Source: Podarcis cretensis (taxonomy: Eukaryota). Taken from it: DNA of 64,000 nt. The notes beneath the pieces were generated by a model. It saw nothing but the letters and a program-made list of their open reading frames with translations, ran no database searches and was not told the DNA's origin. Positions 45,411-57,435 of this stretch are shown one piece after another (position 1 is the stretch's first letter; every line of letters begins with the position of its first letter). The translations under genes were made by a program, and so were the position numbers. The stretch is taken from the NCBI GenBank assembly GCA_951804945.1, contig OX638158.1, forward strand, positions 7,068,001 to 7,132,000, in the 5' to 3' direction.

Positions 45411-48400
45411 CAGCTCCCTTGTGAGGACTCCTAGGGCTGGAGGGATAAGTATACATGTGAATGTATACTTATCTCTACAACATCTACAGAGCCTTTCCCA
45501 TGAAATGTACATCCTGTAACTCTGAAACACAATATTGAAACTTAAAAAAACTTCTTTATAAACATTAATTTTGCTAAGGGTGGGGTCAATCTTTTGAACC
45601 CTGTCAGCAAAAGCCCTGCACTTGAACAATGGGGCTTTCCCCATTCCCCCCCCCCCAGCACCCCTCCCCAAAATTGAGAAATTTCTAAGGCAGAACAATG
45701 TCTTTGAGTAACTTCAGAAATTAATCAGCAGCCACAGTGAATTTTGCAAATTCTACACTTTTTCTGAAAGTTATTTAAATATGAGTCAACACCAAATCCA
45801 TATGGTATAAATATATTTGGCAAGTCAAAATTGATCTTATGGCTAATGGAGATGGATTGTTTTAATAACTGTTCTTAATAAGTATGTGGTACTGTGAAAT
45901 ATCTAAAGATATTACATTTGAAATTGCTTTTATTTCCTTTTTTTCTCTGCATTTTGGCTTCTCACTTTTGTATGCAAGAAGACCTCTACATTGTTCTTAA
46001 CTGGTAGAGGAGCAGAGGCGTGCAACTGATTTTCAACCATGTAAACTTTATAAACTACTGTCCCTTCACACTGAAAGCAAATAAAAAGGGAAGCTGGCCT
46101 CATAAAATGGTTTTAACACTTGCTAATGAGAACAATGAAAACCAAAGGTGAACTTACTTCCCGAAACCCAAAGTGACATAAACAATATAGATCCGGTGGG
46201 ACTGGACTTCAGACACAGAATTAGAGAACAGAAATGATCCAATTAAAAAGCATTCCATGCACATGCCCTACCACTATGGATTACACATTCCCTCAATATC
46301 CGTCTTCTTACACCCAACCAGATTGTATACTGCCCAAATGTATTGAAAGAAGTTAGACAAACACCCACCTACTAGTCTCGTACTGCATAATGGGAGAAGA
46401 CCATTGCTGTTTAAAAGTCCACAAACACATCGCAATAGGAGCTCATGCTTTATCTACTGAGGGGGCAGACAGGAGTTTCCCAACCATCAGCACAGACTGC
46501 CAAGAATGAGCCCAATGTTCAGAACCATGTACTCTTACCATCAGAGGGGTCTGCCACTACATCAGCATTTGCCCTACTAAGGTCAAGTTCACAAACCAAA
46601 CAGCATTTCCCCTCCACATCTCTATGCAGGGAAAGTATACTGCTGTAGCAGGAACAGGTCAGCGACATCCTTAAATGCCCTGGCCCCAGGGCAGTATGGC
46701 AGATTGTTTTCACAACCTTCTCAGGGGCAAAAGGTTGGTCATATCTGGAAGCCTTCCAGAAAGGTTTGCTGGGTACCAAAGAGATACTAACTATACTGAC
46801 CAGGCTGAAATACCATTAAGTACTCTTTTCACTGGAGCAAACTGAGCAGCGCTAACAAGCTGCCTGGATTTCAGCTCAGCAAGGTGATAAGACCCCTTTG
46901 GGTTTGTCACATTTTATTAGTCATTTTATTAGGCACCAATAATAATTTTACGGTTTTAAGTACAGTAGCAGAAAGCCAGACAGACAATGTGCTCACTGAC
47001 TATCAAAGACCTAGAGGCATTACACAGGGCGCTGGTTCACTGATGATCTAAAACTCAAACCCTGCCAAGTCTTGAGGTCATTAGCCACAAGGGCCAAAAA
47101 CCCAAACCCCTTGTTAAAAAATTCAAGGAGGGTGTTAGTTCACCCTGCTCAAGTTTTAACTTATCGAGTTTGAAACATTAACATATCAAATTCAGCTTTC
47201 ACTGGTGAAACAAAAAACCCTTAGCGTAAACTTGACACAACTGAGCTTTGATTCCAAGAGCAATTACTCTGCTTCTATTTGATGCAGTGATGCCTGCCCT
47301 AGAGATCTCTCTCTTGGCTCACAAACCTCGTCTCTTGCTGGAAACTCCTTCCAGTAGGATCAGAATTCCTCACTGGGACATAATCCTTTCAAATAGGAAT
47401 TCCCACTTTTATATCTTTTATCCAACCCTGCCCCTTCTAAACACATAGCCGACTCACATAATGCTAATAGGGTCCCAGGAGATCCCTATAGGTCAGATAC
47501 CTACATGACCTCACTACAGATACTTTCCCTTAACTATTCATAGGTGAGTCAAGGATGAGTGAGGCATTACCGAGTAGCTTGACTGTCACCCTCTGTTTGA
47601 GCATACAAGGATTAAACATATCTGGCCCTCTCTCCTGTTGACTGATTGTCTTGGAGGCCAAAGAAATATTGCCCCATTTGTCATGAGATTTTTGCTCTGT
47701 TAGGTGCTCATCTTTCACATTTTTAAAGCTTTTTTATCTAGCCGTGTTATCAAGGTTTTTTGTGGGCCCAAACTAGTAAGATATCAATTGCTAAAACATA
47801 TGCATACACAAAATATTCTGATTGTTTAAAGTTCTAAATAACTTTTCTCAAAACTGTTTTCTCACATGGTTCCCTATCTTGCATAGAAAACATTAACATA
47901 AGGGCAACGCACTTGTCACAGCTGCCTCTCCAAGCCCAAGCAGCTGTCCACTCCCCCCACCCCACCCCCGTGTTAGAACCATGAGACAATATTCTGCTCC
48001 AGGAAAGAGCAACACTGCAGCCGTCAGAAGGGTAGACAAATGGCAGGGGGGAATGTTTAAAAATCAGCACAAAAGCATGCATTTGCAAAGCTCTTGGCTA
48101 ACTTCAAACAGCTAAAAAATCTGAGCCTTTTACAGGCTCAAGCATTCAGAGTCAAGTTCCTCCTCTTCAAAATTCGAAGTTGTCAAAAATGTGAGATGGG
48201 GAAACAAGGCAGTTGCTAAACAGTAAAGAGACTATCCTTGGCATGTTATGATAACTTAGCCAATTCGCACTTCTCTACCAGGCTTTTCTGACTTCATTGT
48301 CAGAGGGGAATAACTTCCCCACCTGTGGAGCTTTTGGCTTCTTTCAATCCCAGTATTAATTGAAGCAGTCCTGTTCATCTGAACATCCACAAGTTAAATG

Positions 48401-49964
48401 TAAAGGGTATGAAAAGGGCAGCCAAAATGATCAAACAGGTGGAAGCACTTTCCCTGTGAGGAAATGCTAAAACATTTGGAGATTTATAAAGGTAAACAGG
48501 AGAGCACATAAAAAAAAAATGTTTTAAGAATTCTGCATGGAATGGAAAAAGTGGTTACAGATTGTTTTCTTCCACTCATATAATACCAGAGCTGGGGGTC
48601 ATCCTTTGAAACTTGGTGGGCAATATACTTAGGGCAGACAAAATAAAGTAGTTCATCACACAAAGCATAATTACGATCAACGCAGAGGGTTCCACCACCC
48701 TCACAAGTGCAGAGAATGGTGACCCAGCAGAAGTTTTATCTGTGCAACTCCTACCCTACAAAAGTGGGTCTAGCTTCTTCATTGGAAAAACACCCCGGTC
48801 ATTTATAGTTAAGGTATTTTGTTTCATGAAACCCACCTCTTCTGAAATCTTATTTATAAATAAAAAAGTTTGGTGATGGTCACGAGTGCATATGGCTTTT
48901 AAAGAGGATTAGACAAACCCACAGAGGAGGAAAGGTCTATCTGTGGTTTACTATTCACAATACCCCCAATGAAACCTTCATGTTCTCAAAAAGCCGACTG
49001 CTTGCAGGGCAGAAACAGCAAAGGAGGATTAGTGTCTTCATGTCCTGCTTGAGGATGCTCAAAGGCACCTGACTGGTCATGACAAGGAGGAGAACGCTGC
49101 AGTGGAGCAGGTGCACTTTTGGCATGTTCCAAAAACTGTGTTCTTTATGCAGCCTATAATGACTCAATGGGCCTTCCAAGTCTGAGAACTGCCCCTCCGC
49201 ATTGATACATGCTTTGGTGACAAGACAGACAGACAACAGAATCAACCCTTGAAAGTACCATCCTTGGTACCTAAAGAGGCATTTCTTGGAATGAATTGAG
49301 ACAGCCACCATTTCAGGGTCAACAGCTTCAGGCTACCCATTAACTCAGTCAGCCAGCTCCTCTTCTCTCACATTTTCTGTACAGAAAGATCTCTCTGCAA
49401 TATACTAGTTGCCTGTTCTTAAAAGGGGAAGGGAGAAACTGCAGACACTGAAACATTAACAGAAATTATACACATGACACAATGTGTGAAAAACAACTTG
49501 CATTACAGTATGTAATTAACTTAACTTGCATGTCATTTTCATGAACATGGCAGATACCGAACTATGATCAGTTGATGTGTTGCATTATTATTCAAAATAT
49601 TCTTATTCTGCAATTGTTGTCTTTGAATGTGAAAAAGTCGTGAGTTGAAAAGAGTTGAAATTTGACCTTCTTCCTTTCAATCACTTACTACCCATGCTAA
49701 CACTTTTTCAAATGTTTCTCTCACAATACTGAGAGTTAATTACATTTTATTTTAAAGATTTGGAATACATTTTGTTAAGATAGCTTGAGGCAATGATAAA
49801 GATATAGAATCTATATGCCCAGTCTACAACCATTCTTTATACAGGACATCATGAAATAATCAGCATAACCATCAATATTAAAATGAGTGGATGTGCAAAA
49901 CTGGTGTGAATTAACACCAGGAATGCTCTTTATTTTGAAGCCTTCTTTAATGCAATGCTCTTAC

Positions 49965-50208
49965 CTAGGCTGGTTTTCCTGGACTATGTTCTCTCCCCTC
50001 TGGTAGCCACTGTCTGCCACCTGAGTGGTAGATCTCTTGACGATTTGCTTCAGCTCCTGCTCCAGGCGATCCTGGATGGCCTTCACAGTCTCTGGAATCT
50101 TCCTCAGTTTGGCCAGGCCTTTGATGAGGATGCCCATAAAGACAGAGCTGTTCTCCTCAGGATCCATCTCTAAATCTTCCTTGATCTCCGTCAAGCTAAT
50201 ATCCCTCC
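49965..50208 (-). CDS. EXOC4: EXOC4 coding exon, probably exon 6 (244 bp)
   Basis: (G)[80 protein letters not shown](R). tttccag| acceptor, |gtaag donor. Confidence 0.97.
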
Positions 50209-50514
50209 CTGGAAAATATGGAGGTGAGGGAATTTCTAAAGAGGTGGTTATTACATGCCCAGGGCAGTGGTGCATCTAGGTCTAGACCTCAGGACCAATG
50301 TCCAGGGCCCTGCAGCCCAGGCCAGCCCCTCGCCCCATGACTTCCCAGAAAGTAGAAACAGCAAAGTGGCCTGAGCCCAACATCTTTTCGTTTTTCTCCT
50401 ATAACATTATTTTATGGTTGGGGGGGGTATGTGCTCATTTTATTTTATTTAAAATACATATTATCCTCTTCTGATAAATGGAGGATGGTGAGACAACTAT
50501 TTCCTGGAAGGACT

Positions 50515-50900
50515 CCTATATCTTTTAACATCATCATCATCATCATCATTTTTAATTTGTATACCGTCTTTTATCTAACAATACTCAAGTCGGTTTACAA
50601 GCTGAAGAAATGTACATCTTATACCAATCTAATGCAATACAAAAATGTGATAATAAAACATAACTTTAAAATCGGCAACCTACATCAAAAAAGGAACATT
50701 CAACAATCATTAGAATAGTATTAAATAATAATAATAACATAAAAGTTAAACACAATAAATAATTTCTAAACTATAATCAATAAAACAACGGCAAGCCACA
50801 GTACATAAAATAATATAATACAAATTGAGAAGCAGAGACTAGATGGTGGGACAAGGCAGGTGGAAAGAGGCCTTGCCTGATGGAGTCTCTCCCCTCACAG
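50515..50900 (-). repeat. Inverted copy of 44967-45355
   Basis: About 7 substitutions plus one ATG unit over ~385 bp by manual alignment. Confidence 0.9.
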
Positions 50901-51974
50901 ATGCACAACAGATGCATAACATGTTAGGAAAATGGGCACCTATTCAAAACGTTTCTGCCACCTGATATTCCCTTGCCTCTTTTCCCATCCCACCTGGCAA
51001 AATTTACTAACCTAGACAGGTATGTAGGGCACACTAGGGGTTTAATGGCACTCCAGAATTTAGAAAAATCCCCTGAACCATGCATGCATATTCCTGCTTC
51101 AATACAAGTTGGTTCAGGGGGAAAAATAACAGTCTTCACTACTTCAAAGCATAAACAAAACAAACCTGAACCAAGAGGTGTTTACAAAGAATTTTAACAC
51201 CCTAGCAATAGAAAGCATTGACCTCTGCAGATTAATCACCCTCTAACTAATGATTTCTCTAAGTCCTTTCCCAAGTCAATGATTCATCCCATAAAAACAA
51301 ACTTTCTAATTTGATGTCAGACTAATCTGTATGATGCACCATTTAGGCAAGGCAGCATTAAACCACCCGAGTCCCATCCCACTGCCCAAATCACCACAAA
51401 GAATATATCAGCTAAGGAACACCCTCTTGGGTCTTGTTTTTTTATGGTCATGTGAGTGATCAAATTTTGCTACTATTTATCAGTGTATTTCACTAGCTGC
51501 CTGCTTTTTACGAGCAGGCAGTAAAATTTTATGCCACACTGCATAATTTATGCTTCTCTGCATTATGCCCTGCTTCTACTGCATCTTTTTATCTCAAAGG
51601 ACAGAGGTTCATGGGGCCCCACTGGGCTACTTTGAGAGTTCGTGAAACTCCACCTCCAACAGAATTCCCATTGCTGAACTTTCCCTTGCACCAATTTGCA
51701 TCGCTAATAAGCAACTAGGCAGGAGCACTGGAAAGACTCTCAATAATTTCTTGTCTTTTCCCACTTCTACACAGTACTCTGCCCAATCATATACAAGGAC
51801 AATCTCTCAAAAATTCTGAATCATGGAATCAGCTCCATAATATTTACCTTATGCAAAATAGCAAAATGGAGAGGGAAATTCAATGGGGCAAGAACCCTAA
51901 ATTTCACACACAGAGATTGATGTGGTCAGATGTGGTAGTGATCAAGAAAGATATCTTAGGGCTGTGATTACTGT

Positions 51975-52575
51975 TGTTGTTGTTGTTATTAATTACATTT
52001 GTATACCACCCTTCATCTGAAGATCACAGGGTGGTCCAGAACATATAAATACAAACTGAGAAAACAAAAGGCATAATAAAACAAAAACAAACCTATATAA
52101 AGGGTTGTAGAATAATAATCACCCCAAAGCCTGGTTACAGAGAAACAATTTTGCCTGGTACCTAAAAATACAAAATGAAGGCAACAGGTGAACCTCCCTG
52201 GGGAGAGCATTCCAAAACGAGGAGCCACCAAAGAAAAGGCCCATTCTCGTGTTGTCACCCTCCAAACCTCTTGTGGAGGAGGCACATAAAGATGGGCCTC
52301 AGATGATGATTGAAGGGTCTGGGTTGGTTCATATGGGGAGAGGCGGTCCTTGGGGTATTGGGGTCGTGAGCTATTTAAGGCCTTATAGCTCAAAACCAGC
52401 ACTTTGAACTGGAACCAGAAACTAATTGACAGCCAGCGCAGTAGGGCCAAGATCAGTGTAATATGCTCAAACCATCTTGCCCTGGTGAGCCATCTGGCTG
52501 CCAAATTCTGCACCTGCTGAAGTTTCTGAACCATCTTCAGAGGCAGCCCTATGTAGAACACATTGCAGTAATCTA
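51975..52575 (-). mobile_element. Degenerate L2 LINE 3' part
   Basis: YIGLPLKMVQKLQQVQNLAAR...HITLIL..L.WL...FKVLVLSYKAL; L2-type tail. Confidence 0.85.
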
Positions 52576-52907
52576 TATAGAAAGATTATATATAGCTCAC
52601 TGAACACATCAAATCAATGTGAAGTGGCAAAGAAAAGAGGCAAAATCCATGCAAGGGATTATTAGGAAATCGATTGAAAATGAGCCAGTCAGTATCATCA
52701 TGTTTTAAGTAAACCTACAATGCTATGCTATACAATGCTGAATCCACATCTGATATACTGGATACAGTGCTGCTCATCCCACTGGTTGGGGGGGGGAGGT
52801 GTATTGTGGGGCTAGAAAAGGTGTAGAAAGGGACCAGCAAAATAATTGGGATGTGGCAGAGTTCTCCACTGTTATTTAAAACATCTCCAAAACAGATGCA
52901 AACTGGG

Positions 52908-52938
<31 letters not shown>
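52908..52938. repeat. (AC)n microsatellite
   Basis: About 15 perfect units. Confidence 0.95.
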
Positions 52939-52941
<3 letters not shown>

Positions 52942-53345
52942 GCACGTTCTACTCAGAAATTATGAATTCCACAATTTAAACTAAGGTTCTGTTCATTTCC
53001 CCCTCTCCACTACTGGTTCTCCATCTCACACACCCCTTCCCAAAAAAGGGTTTTCTAAAAACAACGAGTTGGGGGTGTAGCATTTGCACCTAATATGTAG
53101 CTGCTCCTGTTATATGCCTGCACTGGGGACAGCCTTGGAAGCACAACTGAATGTCACTGTAAGCAAACACATGAGATTAGAAAACTGCTGTCACAACCCC
53201 CTTATTACAGCTTGGCTCATCTCCGGACCTGGTATTCACACTTACTTCAACCATCTCCAAAATTTATCAGTGTGGTTGGAGAAAACCACACACATACTTA
53301 ACGAAAAAGGCATATGGAAAGGTCTTTTATTATTTTGCCACTCAC

Positions 53346-53455
53346 CACTGGAGCTTCCAGAAGTGCTGAACTGAGAGGAGTCAAGGTACTTGCGAGGAGT
53401 AGACAGGCTAGTCACATCGAGCAGAGACACAGGGGAGGCATCCTTCACATGCGAA
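53346..53455 (-). CDS. EXOC4: EXOC4 coding exon, probably exon 5 (110 bp)
   Basis: (S)[36 protein letters not shown], similar to human SLVKDASVPLIDVTNLPTPRKFLDTSHYSTAGSSS. ctacag| acceptor, |gtgag donor; phases 2/1 fit neighbours. Confidence 0.95.
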
Positions 53456-54914
53456 CTGTAGCAGAGAAAAATGAAACTTGAAATAACTCCTGAAGTAGAC
53501 ATAGTCAACAAGCGGAGGTGCAAATGGGAAGACTACTGCTCTTCACAAAGCAGATCCTTCACCCATGGATGCTCCCCACTCATGGTGGAATCAAAAGTAA
53601 AAGTGCCCAATTCAGGTACAGAACTAGTCTTACCATCAGGTGACATGAAGCAAATATTTCGGGCACCAGAATCTACAGAGTACCATTTTCCTGTCTCCCC
53701 TCACAATCCCATGACCATTAAAATATGGAGGGGGACTCTCACTTTGAAGCTTTCTTTCAGTGAAAATTGTCCAGTTCTGCACTGTCTATATTAACAAGGC
53801 TATCAAAGCTACTAGTCACAGTGGCTATTGGTCTACCTCCACGGTCAGAGGCGTTATGCGTTTGAATACCAGTCGCTGGGAATTGCAAATTGGCAGAAAG
53901 CTACTGTGCTCGTGACCAGTTTGCAGGCTTCCCAAAGGCATCTGGCTGATCACTGTGAGAACAGGATGCTGGACTAGATAACTGATCTTATAATCATAGA
54001 ATAGATACTAAAAACAGTAAAGAGAAACAGCTCAGTGGCAAAGCAGCTGGGGGAGGAGGAGAGGATAGAGGGTGAAGAAAGAGCTGTGAGTGGAGGGGGG
54101 CCCTCTTCCCATCCTTTGGACCCCCTGGAAAACTCAGCAAACCTGCTGTACCTGGAACTGGGTGGGGAGAGGATGCAGCTAAATGGAACACAGCTGTGGG
54201 GAGCCTGAGGCAGTGCCATCCACCTTGAGCCAGCCCATAAAAAGCAAGTCTAGAGTGAGAGACTAGGGTGATGTACACTGTTTCCAGGATGTCTTCTCAC
54301 TGTGAGACTTTTGTGAGTGAGCTGAGAGTTTGATGGACCCTGGGTGAGAACCCAGAGGCTGAGAGGGAGAGTGTGTCAGGGGGGAAATGAATTGATGTTG
54401 ATTTATACATATATTAGTAACTTTGTATTAATGTGTATTTTTATATGTAACTGTATTTTTGTAATATCTTCTTTAAGCTGTCTGTTGTTTCTTCAGTTTT
54501 CTGTACACCTCCTAGATATATTCTTAGTATATTAAGAGGAATAGAAATTAAATAACCAGTCAATCATAAGGTCCCAGCTTCATTCCCTGACATCTCAAAT
54601 AGAAGGATGAGAAAGTAAGTTTGCCCCAGACTCTGGAAGTCCTCTGCTGGTTTTCATAGACAGGACTAGGCTAGATGGACCAGTGTGTCAGTTTGGTATT
54701 AAATCATCTTCAAATATCTTACAGCTTAAAATGGTCCTAGAGCACTTGGCCAGCCATAAAAATGCTTTTCTACATTGCCTCTTGAAACCTGCAGCAAGCT
54801 CATGTTTCTCTCTGAGCAACTGAATATTTATTCAGGTTTGATTTAGTCTAGACAGCTCTTTTCCAAACAAAATCCAAGACCAAAGCCTTCTCTGCTGCAT
54901 CAGAACGGACTAAC

Positions 54915-55099
54915 CTTTTTGTCCATTTTTCTTTGTTCCGTTGTCCAACCCTATTGGTAGACTTAATGTAAAGATGGCGGTGCAGTTCGTCTATTAGCAC
55001 CAAGTGCATATTCATCTTCTTACTGTGAAGCTCCAGTCTCAGATCGCTAAGTCCCTCCACCTGAAGGAGAGGTCCCTCCAGGGAATCCACTGCTGAAAC
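54915..55099 (-). CDS. EXOC4: EXOC4 (Sec8) coding exon, probably exon 4 (185 bp)
   Basis: Translates [61 protein letters not shown], near-identical to remembered human EXOC4. Acceptor tcacag|, donor |gttag; ends in phase 2, matching the next exon. Confidence 0.97.
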
Positions 55100-57081
55100 C
55101 TGTGAAGAGAATCCATGATATATTTTAACTACTACTCAGAATTCTCAGTACCCAGTGTTCCAAGCTTCTCCCTTGGTCAAATTATTAAGCCAGCATTAAT
55201 GATTATATTGTAAAGAGAAGCAAGCAAAAATGCAGGACCCTGTCCCAAGGAGCAAGAAATGGATGTTCAAGTACAGGTACTTAGCCTTAATTTCAGTAAG
55301 TGGCAAGGAGTTCATGGGATAGGTGCACTTTGACAATATATTTATTTGCTTGTCATTGCAAGACAGGGTTGGGGAACCACCAGCCTGCAATATAATCTTG
55401 GACCCCCATGGGGTCCATGGGGGTCCAAGATGGCCCATAAGGCCATTTTCCCACTTGCCAATCAACTGTCATCACTGGGTGACACCAACTGATGGACGCA
55501 ATTCTACAATGGCTAAGCCTGCCCCACCAAGAACTGGCACACAGCCAAAGTAAAAGGACTTAACCTGGATCTCCTCCTCCAACTCAAAGCTATACTCAGA
55601 CCTCAGAGTCTCTTCCTGGGATCCCATCCCCTTATCCCCCAGCCCACTAGGACCCTCCCCAGGGTCTTCTACCTCCAGCTTCCCAATCTCCATCCTCTAT
55701 TCCTCAATATCTAAGCACCATCTCCATAACACCTCCACAGGACTCACGACAGAGGGGTAAGACCTGCTCATAGGCCTGCAAAGAGGACTGATAAGCAGAG
55801 ACGAATACATTGGTGAAGCAGACCCCTCCCCCTATCCCCATAGGTTAATTTTGAAAGACAGGCGTAACGGCCCACCTATCATTCATCTGACATCATCATG
55901 ATATCAGATGATTGATAGATGGTTGGTCCTGTGTTGGGGAGGTAAAGATCAAGCCTGCCAGGACAAAAGGACCCTCCCCCCCCAGTGTAGGCTTGCTCTT
56001 AACCTCTACACCAAGAGCAGCTACATGTGGCCTGCTAGATGTTCATGAATCACAACTCTTATCATCCTGACCACTGGCTGTGCTGGCTGCAGCTGATGGG
56101 AATGGCAGTCCAAGAGCACCTGTAGAGTCACAGGTTAGCCACTCCTGCCCTAGACGTATTTTTGCCATTGCTTCATGGCAATCAAAGACATCAAGAGGCA
56201 AAAGAGATTTGCTCACCAACTACAATCTATAGGAATTTCTACACACACCTTGGAAGTAAACAGAAATCTCAAGCCCAGAGAAGGGCCAAACCAGTGACTA
56301 CAATTACACTGCAAATGTACATTTGACACAATGTTTAAGGTGCCCTTCTATGAGACATGGTTTAATAAAGCCAATGGCTGATAAATGCTCCAGCAATTCT
56401 GTTTAATTTTATCAGTTCATGATTCCCCTGCAGCACTGGAAATACTTCATCACGAAGCAATTAAAACAAAGGTGACCGGCAACAAAAAAGAAAATCGCGT
56501 TTTTGCAGGAATTCAGTGCTCACGTCTTAAGAACTGCAAGAGGTAAGCAGAGAGCATAAATAGCTTGAAGCAAATTAAACAATATTTCATTTAAAAATCC
56601 AAGGCATCATTATATGAGAAATGGGCTTTGTTTTGACGCACAGGTTTTAAGTTCACTGAGCATCAACGATAAGACAATAATGGAGACAGATACCAAAACC
56701 TGAATTTGGAAGCATTTACCAAAACATAGACTGTAGTCTAGAGACTCATTTCTTCTTTTTTAAAAGAACTGTCAAGTCTACCTCTAAGCTGTGACCTTCT
56801 TGACAAAAATTCTTGCTCGCTAATTTCAGAGGTGTTGGGGCTGGCTGTGATTACTCATTTGGAAAGGAAATATGAGAATCCGCACATGCTCAGAGACAAT
56901 TCATTATTGCAACACAGATTCTGATTCAAGTCCTATTCAAACTAATTAATTATAGCATCATCAAGGAGTTCAAAGATGCCAGAGGCTCTTTCATCCTATG
57001 AAGTCTGATCTACAAGGCCTTACTAAGGGTTCCAACGACATTAAGTCCAGCCTTCTGTTTGGCCACAGATACCAATGCAAA

Positions 57082-57435
57082 TGAGGGGCGCAGGTGGTGC
57101 TGTGGGTTAAACCACAGAGCCTAGGACTTGCCAATCAGAAGGTCTGCAGTTCGAATCCCCACGACGGGATGAGCTCAAGTCACTCGGTCCCGGCTCCTGC
57201 CAACCTAGCAGTTCAAAAGCATGTCAAAGTGCAAGTAGATAAATAGGTACCGCTCCAGCGGGAAGGTAAACGCCGTTTCCGTGCGCTGCTCTGGTTCGCC
57301 AGAAGAGGCTTAGTCATGCTGGCCACATGACCCAGAAGCTGTACGCCGGCTCAGCCAATAAAGCAAGGTGAGCACCGCAACCCCAGAGTCGGCCACGACT
57401 GGACCTAATGGTCAGGGGTCCCTTTACCTTTACCT
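57082..57435 (+). mobile_element. Sauria SINE
   Basis: Same family. TSD TACCAATGCAAA at 57070-57081 and 57436-57447. Confidence 0.92.

Noticed and set aside
45355-50515. Inversion between the inverted repeats
   Set aside because: The enclosed exon has the same orientation and phase as its neighbours.
54570-54592. LTR end 'ccctgaca'
   Set aside because: Part of an old SINE (ggtcccag.ttca.tccctg.catctc). The upstream 54000-54550 looks LTR-like but has no definable termini or TSD.
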